Shown one piece after another: positions 1-9,579 of a stretch of DNA of 64,000 bases; position 1 is the stretch's first letter; each line of letters opens with the position of its first letter. This DNA is from an uncultured Veillonella sp. (lineage in GTDB: Bacteria > Bacillota > Negativicutes > Veillonellales > Veillonellaceae), in contig CAJZEE010000001.1 of NCBI GenBank assembly GCA_915066865.1, forward strand, positions 835 through 64,834, in the 5' to 3' direction. The notes beneath the pieces are model-generated. The model saw only the letters and a list, made by a program, of their open reading frames with translations, was not told where the DNA came from and made no database searches. Both the position numbers and the translations under genes were made by a program.

Positions 1-83
1 CATCCATATTCCAGTTTTAGCAGAATCAAATAATAGGAAGTTACAAAACTATATTTTTACCTAATAACTGTAATTATATAACT

Positions 84-110
84 AAAAAAGGAGATAGACC
101 GCTATCTCCT
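84..110 (-). terminator. Intrinsic terminator downstream of the minus-strand ATPase gene
   Basis: Inverted repeat aggagatag/ctatctcct with accg loop; preceded on the plus strand by an A-run, which is a T-run on the minus strand. Confidence 0.5.
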
Positions 111-162
111 TCTATACATTTAAAGCTTTTTCTATATTCAACCAATATGTTCAAACATACAT

Positions 163-627
163 TTAGTCGATTGCAATAACATGATCTGGATGTGCAATAC
201 TAACTACAGCATGTTTAGGATTATTGTTATGTTCTAAGTACAACTGGTCCCCTTCAATATGTCCACGCCAGCCAACGACAATAGGATACTTCTTACTAAT
301 AGTTTTTAACAACTCAAATGGTTTTAGATTTAAGATAGGTGCAAAGAATACATTAATACCATCTAGCAGAACTACTTCCGTATCGCTACGACTAAGAGCA
401 CGGCAAATAACTTCTTCCGCTAATTGAGGCCGTTCATCACGAGGCACGAGCAAAAACTCTTCCTCGATGAGTTGCTTAGCTTCCAAGTATTTCCAGCCCT
501 TCTGCTCAGACAGTTCACGAATTAGCAAACTTTTACCAGAACCTGGACCACCAACGATAAACAATATACGTTCATCATCACCTTGAATCTTTTCCCAACG
601 TTCTTTTACATCTTGTACAGTAACCAT
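163..627 (-). CDS. P-loop NTPase (small AAA/kinase-like ATPase), function unknown
   Basis: 154 aa. Walker A GGPGSGKS and Walker B-like VVLLDG. Last gene of the minus-strand operon. Confidence 0.5.
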   Translation of the reverse strand: MVTVQDVKERWEKIQGDDERILFIVGGPGSGKSLLIRELSEQKGWKYLEAKQLIEEEFLLVPRDERPQLAEEVICRALSRSDTEVVLLDGINVFFAPILNLKPFELLKTISKKYPIVVGWRGHIEGDQLYLEHNNNPKHAVVSIAHPDHVIAID

Positions 628-655
628 ACCCTTTGCCTCCTCGCTGTGACCTATC

Positions 656-2077
656 CTATTTTACAGGACGGTCAGATAACATAACGGATTTGATATATTG
701 GTTTTTATCATCTAGGGCAAACTGTAAATAAGAGTTGCTTGCCGCTGGATTTTTATATTCATATACGGTAGACGTCCCCGCCTTTGTTGTAGATTCAACA
801 ATACGAGTTGGCATACCATACACAAAGAGCAATAAATATTTGGTATCACCCATTGCGATTCCACGACGTGTAGGCGTATACACATTTAATAATACGCGAT
901 TGATAAGATCTTTTTTATCTACACTCACACCGTATTCATTATAGCCAATAAAAGTGGAACCAAACAATATGCCTTGATGTTTCCAATCATTATTAGGATC
1001 ATTAACAAAATGGTCATTCAACTTGAACCCACGCAATACAAAATCATCAGCCGTAAGTGTACCAGCTTCAAAATCATACACTTCAGCTTTCGGCAATCCA
1101 AATCTAGGCCATACTTGTCCACTAATAATATCTACAGCCTCTATATTACTTTGTTTAATGGTGAAAGCAATATATTCTTTTTGCTGACCAAGCATAGATT
1201 GTTGTTGGCTATTACTATTTGTATTCTCTACGGGACTCTTAAACTCCTTTTTTTGAGGCAATGAATTTTCGGAATGCCCCTCATAAAGGAAAATATATGT
1301 CTCATTTTTCTTATCACGCCACATCGCATTAGGACTGCCATAGGCAAATATCAATTCCATCCGTGTGCTACCAGGACCAATGTCGCGTACTGTATTAGAG
1401 CCTTTTTTCGTACTATGAATATTTGTAATAGTATTTGGTTCAAAGAAGTAAGTCGCCCCTTGCCCACGTAATTGATTGTTAACCAACAATTCTTGAGCAG
1501 GTCCAGTATATACAGTTACTGCTACATCTTTCATGTAATACGTAGTAAAGTTATCACGTACCTCAGTTTTTTCTACATCTTTTGGAACTTCAAACTGATC
1601 TCCCAATCGGTATGTGCCGATAGCATAGTCATCTTGAGAACCTAAAGGCGGTAAACTGTTTGCCGTATAAGACTTACCAATATCAGCTAAATTATTTTGA
1701 GTGATACTCGGCAAAGGACCTTCGTTCTCACTAGCCGCTTGCCAGAATTGTATAGAATCACCAAATTCAGTTACAGCCATTTGCTCTGCGAGCCATCCGG
1801 TTTTAGAACCTTCCTTTTTCGTTTTTGGATCTAGCTTAACAACTCTAACTGGTGCATTATCAAGGTAAGACAAGCTATCAACCTCACCAGTTCCATCTAC
1901 ACTACCATCATTGCTCGCATTAGCGGAATCTTGAGCTACAACGTTAGTGTCATCAGTAGTTTCTACTGCAACTGGATTAACAGTGGAAATGGCAGGCTCT
2001 GCTGCATAACTGATTGTAGTAGCACACAAGCCCACAAGGAGGGCCGCTACAATACGGCTCTTCATAGAATAGTTCAT
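656..2077 (-). CDS. Secreted hypothetical protein with N-terminal signal peptide
   Basis: 473 aa. N-terminus MKSRIVAALLVGLCATTISYAAEP is a typical signal peptide (probable cleavage after SYA). Start overlaps the hypB stop (ATGA). No recognisable catalytic motif. Confidence 0.5.
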   Translation of the reverse strand: MNYSMKSRIVAALLVGLCATTISYAAEPAISTVNPVAVETTDDTNVVAQDSANASNDGSVDGTGEVDSLSYLDNAPVRVVKLDPKTKKEGSKTGWLAEQMAVTEFGDSIQFWQAASENEGPLPSITQNNLADIGKSYTANSLPPLGSQDDYAIGTYRLGDQFEVPKDVEKTEVRDNFTTYYMKDVAVTVYTGPAQELLVNNQLRGQGATYFFEPNTITNIHSTKKGSNTVRDIGPGSTRMELIFAYGSPNAMWRDKKNETYIFLYEGHSENSLPQKKEFKSPVENTNSNSQQQSMLGQQKEYIAFTIKQSNIEAVDIISGQVWPRFGLPKAEVYDFEAGTLTADDFVLRGFKLNDHFVNDPNNDWKHQGILFGSTFIGYNEYGVSVDKKDLINRVLLNVYTPTRRGIAMGDTKYLLLFVYGMPTRIVESTTKAGTSTVYEYKNPAASNSYLQFALDDKNQYIKSVMLSDRPVK

Positions 2078-2727
2078 CGATTATTCTCCAACTGTGCACG
2101 CAACCAATTCAACCATGGTTCAAGACCGTTGTGGGCCGTGCAACTTACTTCAAAAATTTCTCCATTTGGATTTAAATTACGGATATCTTGTATTGCCTGC
2201 TCCTTTTTGAAAGGCACATAGGGCAATAAATCAATCTTGTTAATAAGGATGGCCTTAGACTCTTTAAAGATTAACGGATACTTAAGGGGCTTATCTTCAC
2301 CTTCGGTAACAGATAAAACCGTCACTTTCATGTTTTCACCAATCTCAAATTCCGCAGGGCACACTAAATTGCCTACATTTTCGATAATAATCATATCGAG
2401 GTCATCAAGATTCAGATCACCTAAGGCATCTTGAATCATCTGTGCATCGAGATGGCACCCACCAACCGTATTAATCTGGATAACAGGCACACCCAACTCA
2501 TGAATGCGCTTGGCATCCTTTGCCGTAAATAAATCGCCTTCAATAACGGCTAAGCGATACTCCTTTTTTAAATCTTGTAGGGTTGCCTCCAAAAGGGAAG
2601 TCTTACCTGCCCCAGGTGAACCTAACAGATTAAATACAAATATATTCTTTTCCTTAAACAACTGTTGTAAAGCCTCTGCAATAGCATCGTTTTTTGCCAG
2701 TACATTAGTTTTAACTTGAACTTGCAT
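2074..2727 (-). CDS. hypB: Hydrogenase/urease nickel-incorporation GTPase HypB
   Basis: 217 aa. GSPGAGKTSLL P-loop, ENVGNLVCPAEF motif, CH metal-binding motif. Located downstream of hypA. Confidence 0.8.
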   Translation of the reverse strand: MQVQVKTNVLAKNDAIAEALQQLFKEKNIFVFNLLGSPGAGKTSLLEATLQDLKKEYRLAVIEGDLFTAKDAKRIHELGVPVIQINTVGGCHLDAQMIQDALGDLNLDDLDMIIIENVGNLVCPAEFEIGENMKVTVLSVTEGEDKPLKYPLIFKESKAILINKIDLLPYVPFKKEQAIQDIRNLNPNGEIFEVSCTAHNGLEPWLNWLRAQLENNR

Positions 2728-2742
2728 GCCCTAACCTTTCTA

Positions 2743-3084
2743 TCAATCGATATCCATAGAGGTCACTTGTAACTCACGACCGCCTATAGTTTGTACGAAA
2801 TGGCTGTCACAATAAGGACAAATAAACGTATAATTTTTTACAGAAAATATTTTATCACAATCTAAACACTTTCCTTCAATAGGAATCGTGTTAATTTCTA
2901 TACGCGAACCTTCAGCTGCAGTCCCCTTTGTAACTGCTTCCCAGCAAAAGAGGAGAGAATCTGGCTCTACTCCACTCATAAGGCCCAAATCGAGTTGAAC
3001 GGAATGGATCACAGATGCATCGTGTTGGCGTAACGTATCGAGGGCTACATCAAGTATGCCTTCTGCTATAGACATCTCATGCAT
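2743..3084 (-). CDS. hypA: Hydrogenase nickel insertion protein HypA
   Basis: MHEMSIAEGIL N-terminus typical of HypA. C-terminal CxxC...CxxC zinc finger (CLDCD...CPYCDSHF). Track ORF extended to 3108; the start at MHEMS is preferred. Confidence 0.75.
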   Translation of the reverse strand: MHEMSIAEGILDVALDTLRQHDASVIHSVQLDLGLMSGVEPDSLLFCWEAVTKGTAAEGSRIEINTIPIEGKCLDCDKIFSVKNYTFICPYCDSHFVQTIGGRELQVTSMDID

Positions 3085-3916
3085 GGTATGCCTCATATAC
3101 AGCTTCAAGCATCATAGTAGTCGTTACAGAGCCTACACCACCAGGCACTGGAGTAATGGCAGATGCAATATCTTTTACCGCTTCATAATCAACATCGCCT
3201 ACCGTCTTACCTTCTAGTTCATTAATGCCTACATCGATAACAACAGCACCTGGCTTAATCATATCTGCTGTAATCATATGAGCACGACCAGCTGCAGCAA
3301 TAACGATATCGCCTCGTTTTACTTGCTCTGCCAAATCAGGAGTTCTAGAATGGCACATTGTAACAGTACCATGTGCACCAAGGGTCATAAGAGCTACTGG
3401 TTTGCCAATAACTTGGCTACGACCGATTACTACCACATGTTTCCCCTCTACAGGAATATCGTAGTGATTCAAAATTGCCATACACGCCTTAGCAGTACAA
3501 GGGGCAAAACCACCTTTGCCTGCAGTTACAAGGCCAATATTATACGTAGTTAAACCATCGATATCTTTTTTAGGATCTAGCATATCGATAAGAGCCTCAG
3601 TATCAATGTGTTTAGGCATCGGCATTAACGGTAAAATTCCATGAACAGCCGCATCATTATTTAATTCTTGCAATGCTGCCACCACTTCATCCTGTGTAGC
3701 CGTTTCAGGTAATTGTTTTAATACAAAGCCATAGCCAAAATTCTTTGCTGTCTTTTCCATAAATGTAGCGTACATATGAGCACCGTGGTCTTCACCAACG
3801 AGTAATACTGCCATAGTAATTACAGAGTCCCCTATTGCTGCAACTTTTTCTTGTAAAATCGCCTTGTGAGCATCTGCTACTGCTTTACCGCGTAATTCGA
3901 TCATGTGTATCTCCAT
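3077..3916 (-). CDS. folD: Bifunctional methylenetetrahydrofolate dehydrogenase/cyclohydrolase FolD
   Basis: 279 aa. The GRSQVIGKPVALM and ITPVPGGVG motifs are characteristic of FolD. Confidence 0.85.
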   Translation of the reverse strand: MEIHMIELRGKAVADAHKAILQEKVAAIGDSVITMAVLLVGEDHGAHMYATFMEKTAKNFGYGFVLKQLPETATQDEVVAALQELNNDAAVHGILPLMPMPKHIDTEALIDMLDPKKDIDGLTTYNIGLVTAGKGGFAPCTAKACMAILNHYDIPVEGKHVVVIGRSQVIGKPVALMTLGAHGTVTMCHSRTPDLAEQVKRGDIVIAAAGRAHMITADMIKPGAVVIDVGINELEGKTVGDVDYEAVKDIASAITPVPGGVGSVTTTMMLEAVYEAYHA

Positions 3917-3939
3917 TCATTCAAACTATCTATAAAATA

Positions 3940-3961
3940 AGGTGCCTCCGGAGAGGCACCT
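3940..3961 (-). terminator. Intrinsic terminator after the penicillin-binding protein gene
   Basis: Hairpin aggtgcctc-cgga-gaggcacct followed on the minus strand by a T-rich tract. Confidence 0.5.
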
Positions 3962-4022
3962 AAGTCTCTTATTCTATTATATAACGAACTGTCTATAATT
4001 TCTAATTATGACCGAATTCGTT

Positions 4023-5993
4023 TTATCTACGGAAATGAACAGTAATTGCTGTACCAGCCTGAACAGTTGTACCGCTACTTTCATCTTGAGATGTAGCCGT
4101 ACCAGTTCCATCCGGTTTAAAGGCAAGTCCCGCCTTATGTAACCAATCACGCACTTCACCATAGGTAAAACCAGTAAAGTTAGGCAATGTAACAGAACCA
4201 TCACTTCCCGGTTTTGGTTCAGGTAATGTATTAGCAGCTTTAACAGCTACTGGTGTACTTTCTTTAACATACGGACTCATTTGGTAATACCGTACAAGTT
4301 GAGATACAATGTCCTTAAATACAGGGGCTACAATTTGACTACCATAATAAGAACCCTTTTGTGGGTCATCAATAACGACAAGAACTACAAATTTGGGATC
4401 CTCTACAGGGCCAAAGCCAATAAAGGACGCAATGTATTGTCCGTCGAGATAACCGCCATGTTTGGTATCTAGTTTTTGCGCCGTACCAGTTTTACCGCCG
4501 AAGTGATAACCTTCTACCATCGCTTTTGTGCCGCCACCTTCGGATACTTCTTTTTCTAGAATATCTACAATGGTTTTAGCGGTTTCCGCCGGAACTGGTT
4601 GTCCCACAACAGATGTTTCAGTCGTACTTGTTACATCGCCTTGAGAGTTACTATAAGACTTGATGATATGTGGTTTCATCATAGCCCCACCATTAGAAAG
4701 TGCACCAAAGGCGCGAACCATTTGTAATGGTGTAACCGCAATACCTTGACCGATGGACATAGTCGCAACGTCTAGCTTACTCATATCCTCTGGATTATAC
4801 AAAATACCTGCTCCTTCACCAGGCAATTCAATACCTGTTTCAGAGCCAAAGCCATAATCACGTACATATTTCGAGAGAATATCTGCACCTGTTAATGTAC
4901 CAATTTCAGCCATACCAGTATTAATAGAGTACTTCAAAATATCTAGCAAACGAACAGGACCATATCCCTCACCATTCCAGTTTCTAATGATATGTCCATT
5001 GGCAGCGAAGGCCCCTTTATCGTTATACACAGTGTCTAACTTCCATTTGCCTGCTGCAAGAGCTGCAGATGCAATGATAGGTTTGAATGTAGAGCCTGGT
5101 TCATATAAATTGGTAACCGCAATATTTTTGAAAGCCTCTTCACCACTTTGGTTGTAGTTATTAGGATCATAACTTGGACGATTGGCCATCGCTAATATTT
5201 CACCGGTCTTTGGATCCATAACGATAACGCTGGCATGCTTAGCTCCTGTATCAACCATCGCCTTATCAAGAGCACGTTCTGCAATAAATTGAATTGTTGC
5301 ATCGATGGTTAAAGTTACGCTTTTACCCTTATCTGGTAAAAATTTAGATAGTACGGAACCAAAGATGGCATTCCCTTTATTATCAGTAGCTACAATTTCT
5401 TGTTGTACGCCCCCCTTTAATTCGTCATCAAGAACCATTTCTAGACCATCAAGACCTTTATCATCAGTTCCGACAAAGCCTAATACTTGTGCCGCTAAGA
5501 CACCATTTGGATAATAGCGCTTAGATTCTTCAACGAAATTGAGACCTGCAATATTGTTATCCTTAATAACTTGTTGTACCCCTTTTGATTTATCTGCATC
5601 CATCATACGATTCAACCAGACAAAGGCGGTATCCTCTTGCAAAGCTTTCACAATATTCTCTTTTGACATCGTTACATACGGTGAGATGAGATCCGCAATC
5701 TCTTGAGGAGACTGTTTAATCATCTTTGGATCCGCATATAAAGATTTTGTAACTACACTCATCGCCAAAGGCTTGCCATTACGGTCATAGATTGTACCAC
5801 GCGGCGATTGTAATTTTCTATCTACTTGAACTTGTAATAAGTTTTTCTTCTCTAGGTCAAAGGTATCAAAGACCTGTAACTGTGCTAAACGCCCGATAAG
5901 GACGAAGGCAACGGTCATGAGTATGGCAAGGCACCACGTAGTGCGACTCCAATCACTCATGCGTAATAACGCTTTATTTAATAACTTCATCAT
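4023..5993 (-). CDS. Penicillin-binding protein 2/FtsI-type D,D-transpeptidase with C-terminal PASTA domain
   Basis: 656 aa. N-terminal TM anchor and dimerisation domain. Transpeptidase motifs (STFK, SxN, KTGT) are readable: STFKPIIASAAL, KTGTAQK. C-terminal about 60 aa PASTA-like. Confidence 0.85.
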   Translation of the reverse strand: MMKLLNKALLRMSDWSRTTWCLAILMTVAFVLIGRLAQLQVFDTFDLEKKNLLQVQVDRKLQSPRGTIYDRNGKPLAMSVVTKSLYADPKMIKQSPQEIADLISPYVTMSKENIVKALQEDTAFVWLNRMMDADKSKGVQQVIKDNNIAGLNFVEESKRYYPNGVLAAQVLGFVGTDDKGLDGLEMVLDDELKGGVQQEIVATDNKGNAIFGSVLSKFLPDKGKSVTLTIDATIQFIAERALDKAMVDTGAKHASVIVMDPKTGEILAMANRPSYDPNNYNQSGEEAFKNIAVTNLYEPGSTFKPIIASAALAAGKWKLDTVYNDKGAFAANGHIIRNWNGEGYGPVRLLDILKYSINTGMAEIGTLTGADILSKYVRDYGFGSETGIELPGEGAGILYNPEDMSKLDVATMSIGQGIAVTPLQMVRAFGALSNGGAMMKPHIIKSYSNSQGDVTSTTETSVVGQPVPAETAKTIVDILEKEVSEGGGTKAMVEGYHFGGKTGTAQKLDTKHGGYLDGQYIASFIGFGPVEDPKFVVLVVIDDPQKGSYYGSQIVAPVFKDIVSQLVRYYQMSPYVKESTPVAVKAANTLPEPKPGSDGSVTLPNFTGFTYGEVRDWLHKAGLAFKPDGTGTATSQDESSGTTVQAGTAITVHFRR

Positions 5994-7414
5994 TTCTCCA
6001 CTGGACGGCGTAACTTATGGTCTAATGCATCATATAATGCATCTGGTTCATTGGGAATCACCCCATTTTGAACCTGACCTAATAAATACTGCAATCCTTC
6101 CCCCACTTTTTTCCCTGCAAGCTTAATAACTCGTTCGTCATAATTTAAATCCTTTGTATGGATAGGCATCTCTAGGCTAAGATCTGCCATACATTCACCA
6201 AAGGCTAAGGTGCCATCCGTTGATGCATAGGGCTTCCCACAGCCTAGTACATCAGCAGCACAAACCTTAGCTAATTGCTCCCATGCGGTCCGCATGATTT
6301 GACTATCTCGGAACTCACCACTGCGAGCTTCTTTTCGGATCCACTTTTTCTCATTAGCTTCTCCATTTTGTACAAAATAGTGAAAGCGCATATGATTTTT
6401 TACAATCCAAGCTACACGGCGCACAAAGGCTTTCGGATACCCTAAACGGGTGAGCAACGTCTCTGTCATCTCAGCGCCTAATGTATCGTGGCCACGATCT
6501 GTCAAGCGGCCATCAATAACAGCTCGCACCGTAGGCATCCCCTTCGCCACATCGTGTAATAGAGCGCCCCAACGCAATGTTAAGTCTGGCTCTGTATGAG
6601 ATACAACGGCCAATGTATGATACCAACCATCAAATTCATGAAAGTCTTTTTCTTGTGGTAAATCCACAAGATGATATAGCTCCGGTAAAATAGGAACTTC
6701 ACGAGCCACCCCATTTTCTATGACGCGGCAAGAGCATTCGGCCAATCGCGATTGCACCAATACATCAAGTCCCTTCGCTACAGCAGGCGCTAGCATCAAT
6801 CGATCCAGTTCACTGCGAACTCGTTCGAGAGATAATCCAGGTACACGATGAAAGGCCTTTGGCATAGCCTCTAAAAGATCTTCGGTCGGTAAAAAATCTA
6901 GCTTTGCTACAAAGCGACAGGCTCTAAATAATCGCAATGCATCCTCTTCAAAGCGTTTCTCTGCATTGCCAATGGTTCGCAACGTTTTATGCTTGATGTC
7001 TCGGCGTCCCCCTACCAAGTCTATGACCTCACCATAGCGGTTCATAGCCATGCCATTAACCGTGAAGTCACGGCGCAGTACGTCTTCCTCTAAGGTATCA
7101 GCATAGGATATTTCTTCTGGTCGATGACTATCCGCTCCATATCGCTCGGTTCGATACGTAGCGATTTCATACTGTTTACCTTCTAATGTTGCCACCACAA
7201 CGCCAAAGGATTTACCAACAAGGTCTGTGGTTTGAATATCATGACTGCGGAGAACATCAATGACCGTATCGGGACGTGCAGACGTCACAATATCGAAATC
7301 ATGAGGTTTTTGATGCATTAATATGTCGCGTACAGCTCCGCCTATAATATACGCTTCATAGCCAGCCTCTTCTAGTACAGTCAATATTCGATTGGCTTGT
7401 TCCATCATGCACAC
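5990..7414 (-). CDS. cca: CCA tRNA nucleotidyltransferase (PolyA_pol head domain plus HD domain)
   Basis: 474 aa. GGAVRD nucleotidyltransferase motif near the N-terminus and a C-terminal HD domain. Its stop overlaps the PBP start. Confidence 0.8.
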   Translation of the reverse strand: MCMMEQANRILTVLEEAGYEAYIIGGAVRDILMHQKPHDFDIVTSARPDTVIDVLRSHDIQTTDLVGKSFGVVVATLEGKQYEIATYRTERYGADSHRPEEISYADTLEEDVLRRDFTVNGMAMNRYGEVIDLVGGRRDIKHKTLRTIGNAEKRFEEDALRLFRACRFVAKLDFLPTEDLLEAMPKAFHRVPGLSLERVRSELDRLMLAPAVAKGLDVLVQSRLAECSCRVIENGVAREVPILPELYHLVDLPQEKDFHEFDGWYHTLAVVSHTEPDLTLRWGALLHDVAKGMPTVRAVIDGRLTDRGHDTLGAEMTETLLTRLGYPKAFVRRVAWIVKNHMRFHYFVQNGEANEKKWIRKEARSGEFRDSQIMRTAWEQLAKVCAADVLGCGKPYASTDGTLAFGECMADLSLEMPIHTKDLNYDERVIKLAGKKVGEGLQYLLGQVQNGVIPNEPDALYDALDHKLRRPVEK

Positions 7415-7470
7415 CCCCTTTTCTAAACTAGTCTAATCTTTATTTTACTACAAATGAAAGCATGAAAAAA

Positions 7471-7494
7471 GTGCAATCCTATAAGGATTGCACT
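7471..7494 (-). terminator. Intrinsic terminator overlapping the sdaAA stop codon
   Basis: gtgcaatcc-tata-aggattgcac hairpin. On the minus strand it is followed by TTTTTT. Confidence 0.55.
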
Positions 7495-8354
7495 CGTTCT
7501 GCAATAGCTGTGCCTGTCGGTGTTACCGCAAGGCCACCATCACTTGTTTCACGCAATGCAGCTGGCATAGCGCGACCAATATTATTCATCGCTTCAATAA
7601 CTTCATCTGGCGGAATTTGACTTTCAATATTCATCAACGCCAATTCAGATGCTGTAATAGCATGAACTACATAGAAACCATTCCGTTTAACGCATGGTAC
7701 CTCTACGAGACCCGCCACAGGATCACAAGCTAGGCCCAATAAATTTTTCATGCACAATGCAATAGCATGGCCGACTTGACGCGGCGTGCCGCCCATCATT
7801 TCTACAATGGCACCGGCAGCCATACAAGCAGCAGTGCCAATTTCTGCTTGGCAACCACCAACAGCACCAGCAACGCAAGCGCGATTCGCTACGACATTAC
7901 CAATACCAGAAGCGGCCAAGAAACCTTTTACTACAGTAGGTCTATCTAACTTGTAATGGTCAGCTACGGCTTTCACAGCACCAGGCATAACACCACAGGA
8001 TCCTGCTGTAGGGCAAGCAACAATGCGGAACATTTTAGCATTCGCTTCATTTACAGCGATAGCATAGGTCATAGCTTTATACGCAATATCACTCATAAAT
8101 CTAGGAGTTTGACCGTTAAGCTGTGCCGCCTGACCACCAGACATACCAGAGGCTGTTTTTTCCGCGTAGTCTATACCATCTTGAATAGACCCTTCAAAGA
8201 TATCTAACCGATGCTCTATTTCACGAATAACCGCTTCTTCACTGCGGTCATAATTTTCTAACTCATAACGCAGTACTACGTCACCGAAGGAAATATTATT
8301 TTCCTCTGCTAAGCGAATAATATCTGCAATTGTATCGTATGCATAACTCATCAT
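7479..8354 (-). CDS. sdaAA: L-serine dehydratase, iron-sulfur-dependent, alpha subunit
   Basis: 291 aa. Conserved CPTAGSCGV cysteine motif. Follows the beta-subunit gene. Confidence 0.85.
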   Translation of the reverse strand: MMSYAYDTIADIIRLAEENNISFGDVVLRYELENYDRSEEAVIREIEHRLDIFEGSIQDGIDYAEKTASGMSGGQAAQLNGQTPRFMSDIAYKAMTYAIAVNEANAKMFRIVACPTAGSCGVMPGAVKAVADHYKLDRPTVVKGFLAASGIGNVVANRACVAGAVGGCQAEIGTAACMAAGAIVEMMGGTPRQVGHAIALCMKNLLGLACDPVAGLVEVPCVKRNGFYVVHAITASELALMNIESQIPPDEVIEAMNNIGRAMPAALRETSDGGLAVTPTGTAIAERVQSL

Positions 8355-8362
8355 TCGCCCTC

Positions 8363-9043
8363 CTATAACGCTTCAAAGGTCATCACATCTTGGATGCCTG
8401 GGAACTCGCGCATAAACTGAACGGTAATAGGATTTACTACCGTATCCGTAGTAATAACCATCACTGCATCCTTATGCTTACCCTTACGGAACACACGCAT
8501 GGTAGCAATATTAATATCAGATTCACTCAATGCTTGGCTCACAAGAGAAATGGCACCAGGTCTATCCTCATGAAATACGACAAGGGTAAACTCATCGCCA
8601 GTAATAGACATATCATTGCCATCTACTTCGGTAATCATAATTTGACCACCACCAAGAGAACGACCAATAACAGTCATATGACGATTATGTTCATCGTACA
8701 TATCAAAACGAACTACATTAGGATGACCTACATCGAGAGGAGACTCGATAAAGTTATACTCCATCCCCTCTTTCTCAGCTAATTTATGAGCAATACGAAT
8801 ATTCGTATCATCCTCTTTGAACCCCAACAAACCGCCAATCAAAGCACGGTCTGTACCATGGCCTTTATAGGTCTTAGCAAAAGAGCCATATAAGGTTAAA
8901 TCTACCTTTTTAGGTGTGGAACGGAAAATGCACCGCGCCATCTTACCTAGCCGCGCAGCACCAGCTGTATGCGAACTAGACGGGCCAATCATAACAGGCC
9001 CTATAATATCAAAAATACTATTCATACACGCCTCTATATACAC
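8363..9043 (-). CDS. sdaAB: L-serine dehydratase, iron-sulfur-dependent, beta subunit
   Basis: 226 aa. N-terminal IIGPSSSHTAGA motif and C-terminal ACT-like domain. Confidence 0.85.
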   Translation of the reverse strand: MYIEACMNSIFDIIGPVMIGPSSSHTAGAARLGKMARCIFRSTPKKVDLTLYGSFAKTYKGHGTDRALIGGLLGFKEDDTNIRIAHKLAEKEGMEYNFIESPLDVGHPNVVRFDMYDEHNRHMTVIGRSLGGGQIMITEVDGNDMSITGDEFTLVVFHEDRPGAISLVSQALSESDINIATMRVFRKGKHKDAVMVITTDTVVNPITVQFMREFPGIQDVMTFEAL

Positions 9044-9328
9044 ATAAATAATGTGAGAAAATCTTACTTTACCTATAGTATAACAATCAATATTGATAAA
9101 TGTCTATATGCACATTAGAGGCATATTTGTTTGTCTACAGAGGACTACTATGCTTGTGAAAGCTGTTCTAAAACTTTGTATATTGATGGGACTTATATTC
9201 TACAAATGTTTTACTAACAGGCACAACCTATTGAGGGCCGAAGCGCCTCTATCAGCACCACATACTATTTTGGATAAAGCTATCTACAGAGTAGTATGTT
9301 GATGGGCCGCCTTTATATCTACAGTTAT

Positions 9329-9399
9329 AAAAAGGAAAGACTATACTTATGCAGCGACATCAGGTCACGAGGAGCAAAGAAGTATAGTCTTTCCTTTTT
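9329..9399. repeat. Long imperfect inverted repeat (about 20 bp arms, about 31 nt spacer) in the hcp/sdaA intergenic region
   Basis: aaaaggaaagactatactt ... aagtatagtctttcctttt. No T-run on either side, so it is not a canonical terminator. Confidence 0.5.
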
Positions 9400-9473
9400 A
9401 ACTAAGTTGTGGATACAAAACTGGGCCCCATCAATATACAAACACTCGATAGATAGCTTTCACAATAATAGTA

Positions 9474-9512
9474 AAAAAACGCACCTAAGGATAACCCTAG
9501 GTGCGTTATTTA
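9474..9512 (-). terminator. Bidirectional intrinsic terminator downstream of hcp
   Basis: aaaaaaa-cgcacctaagg-ataac-cctaggtgcg-ttattta. On the minus strand the hairpin is followed by a T7 run. Confidence 0.65.
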
Positions 9513-9579
9513 TAACAACAGTCCTAAATCATAAAAGAGAGGGGACGTAGGACTGTGGTTAACAGATTAATAGATCCTA

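Noticed and set aside
9093-9550. Plus-strand ORFs of 69 and 84 aa in the hcp/sdaA intergenic region
   Set aside because: They overlap the inverted repeat and the hcp terminator and lack convincing RBS and codon bias. A 50-aa hydrophobic sub-ORF with RBS agagga at about 9150 cannot be excluded, but there is no support for it.
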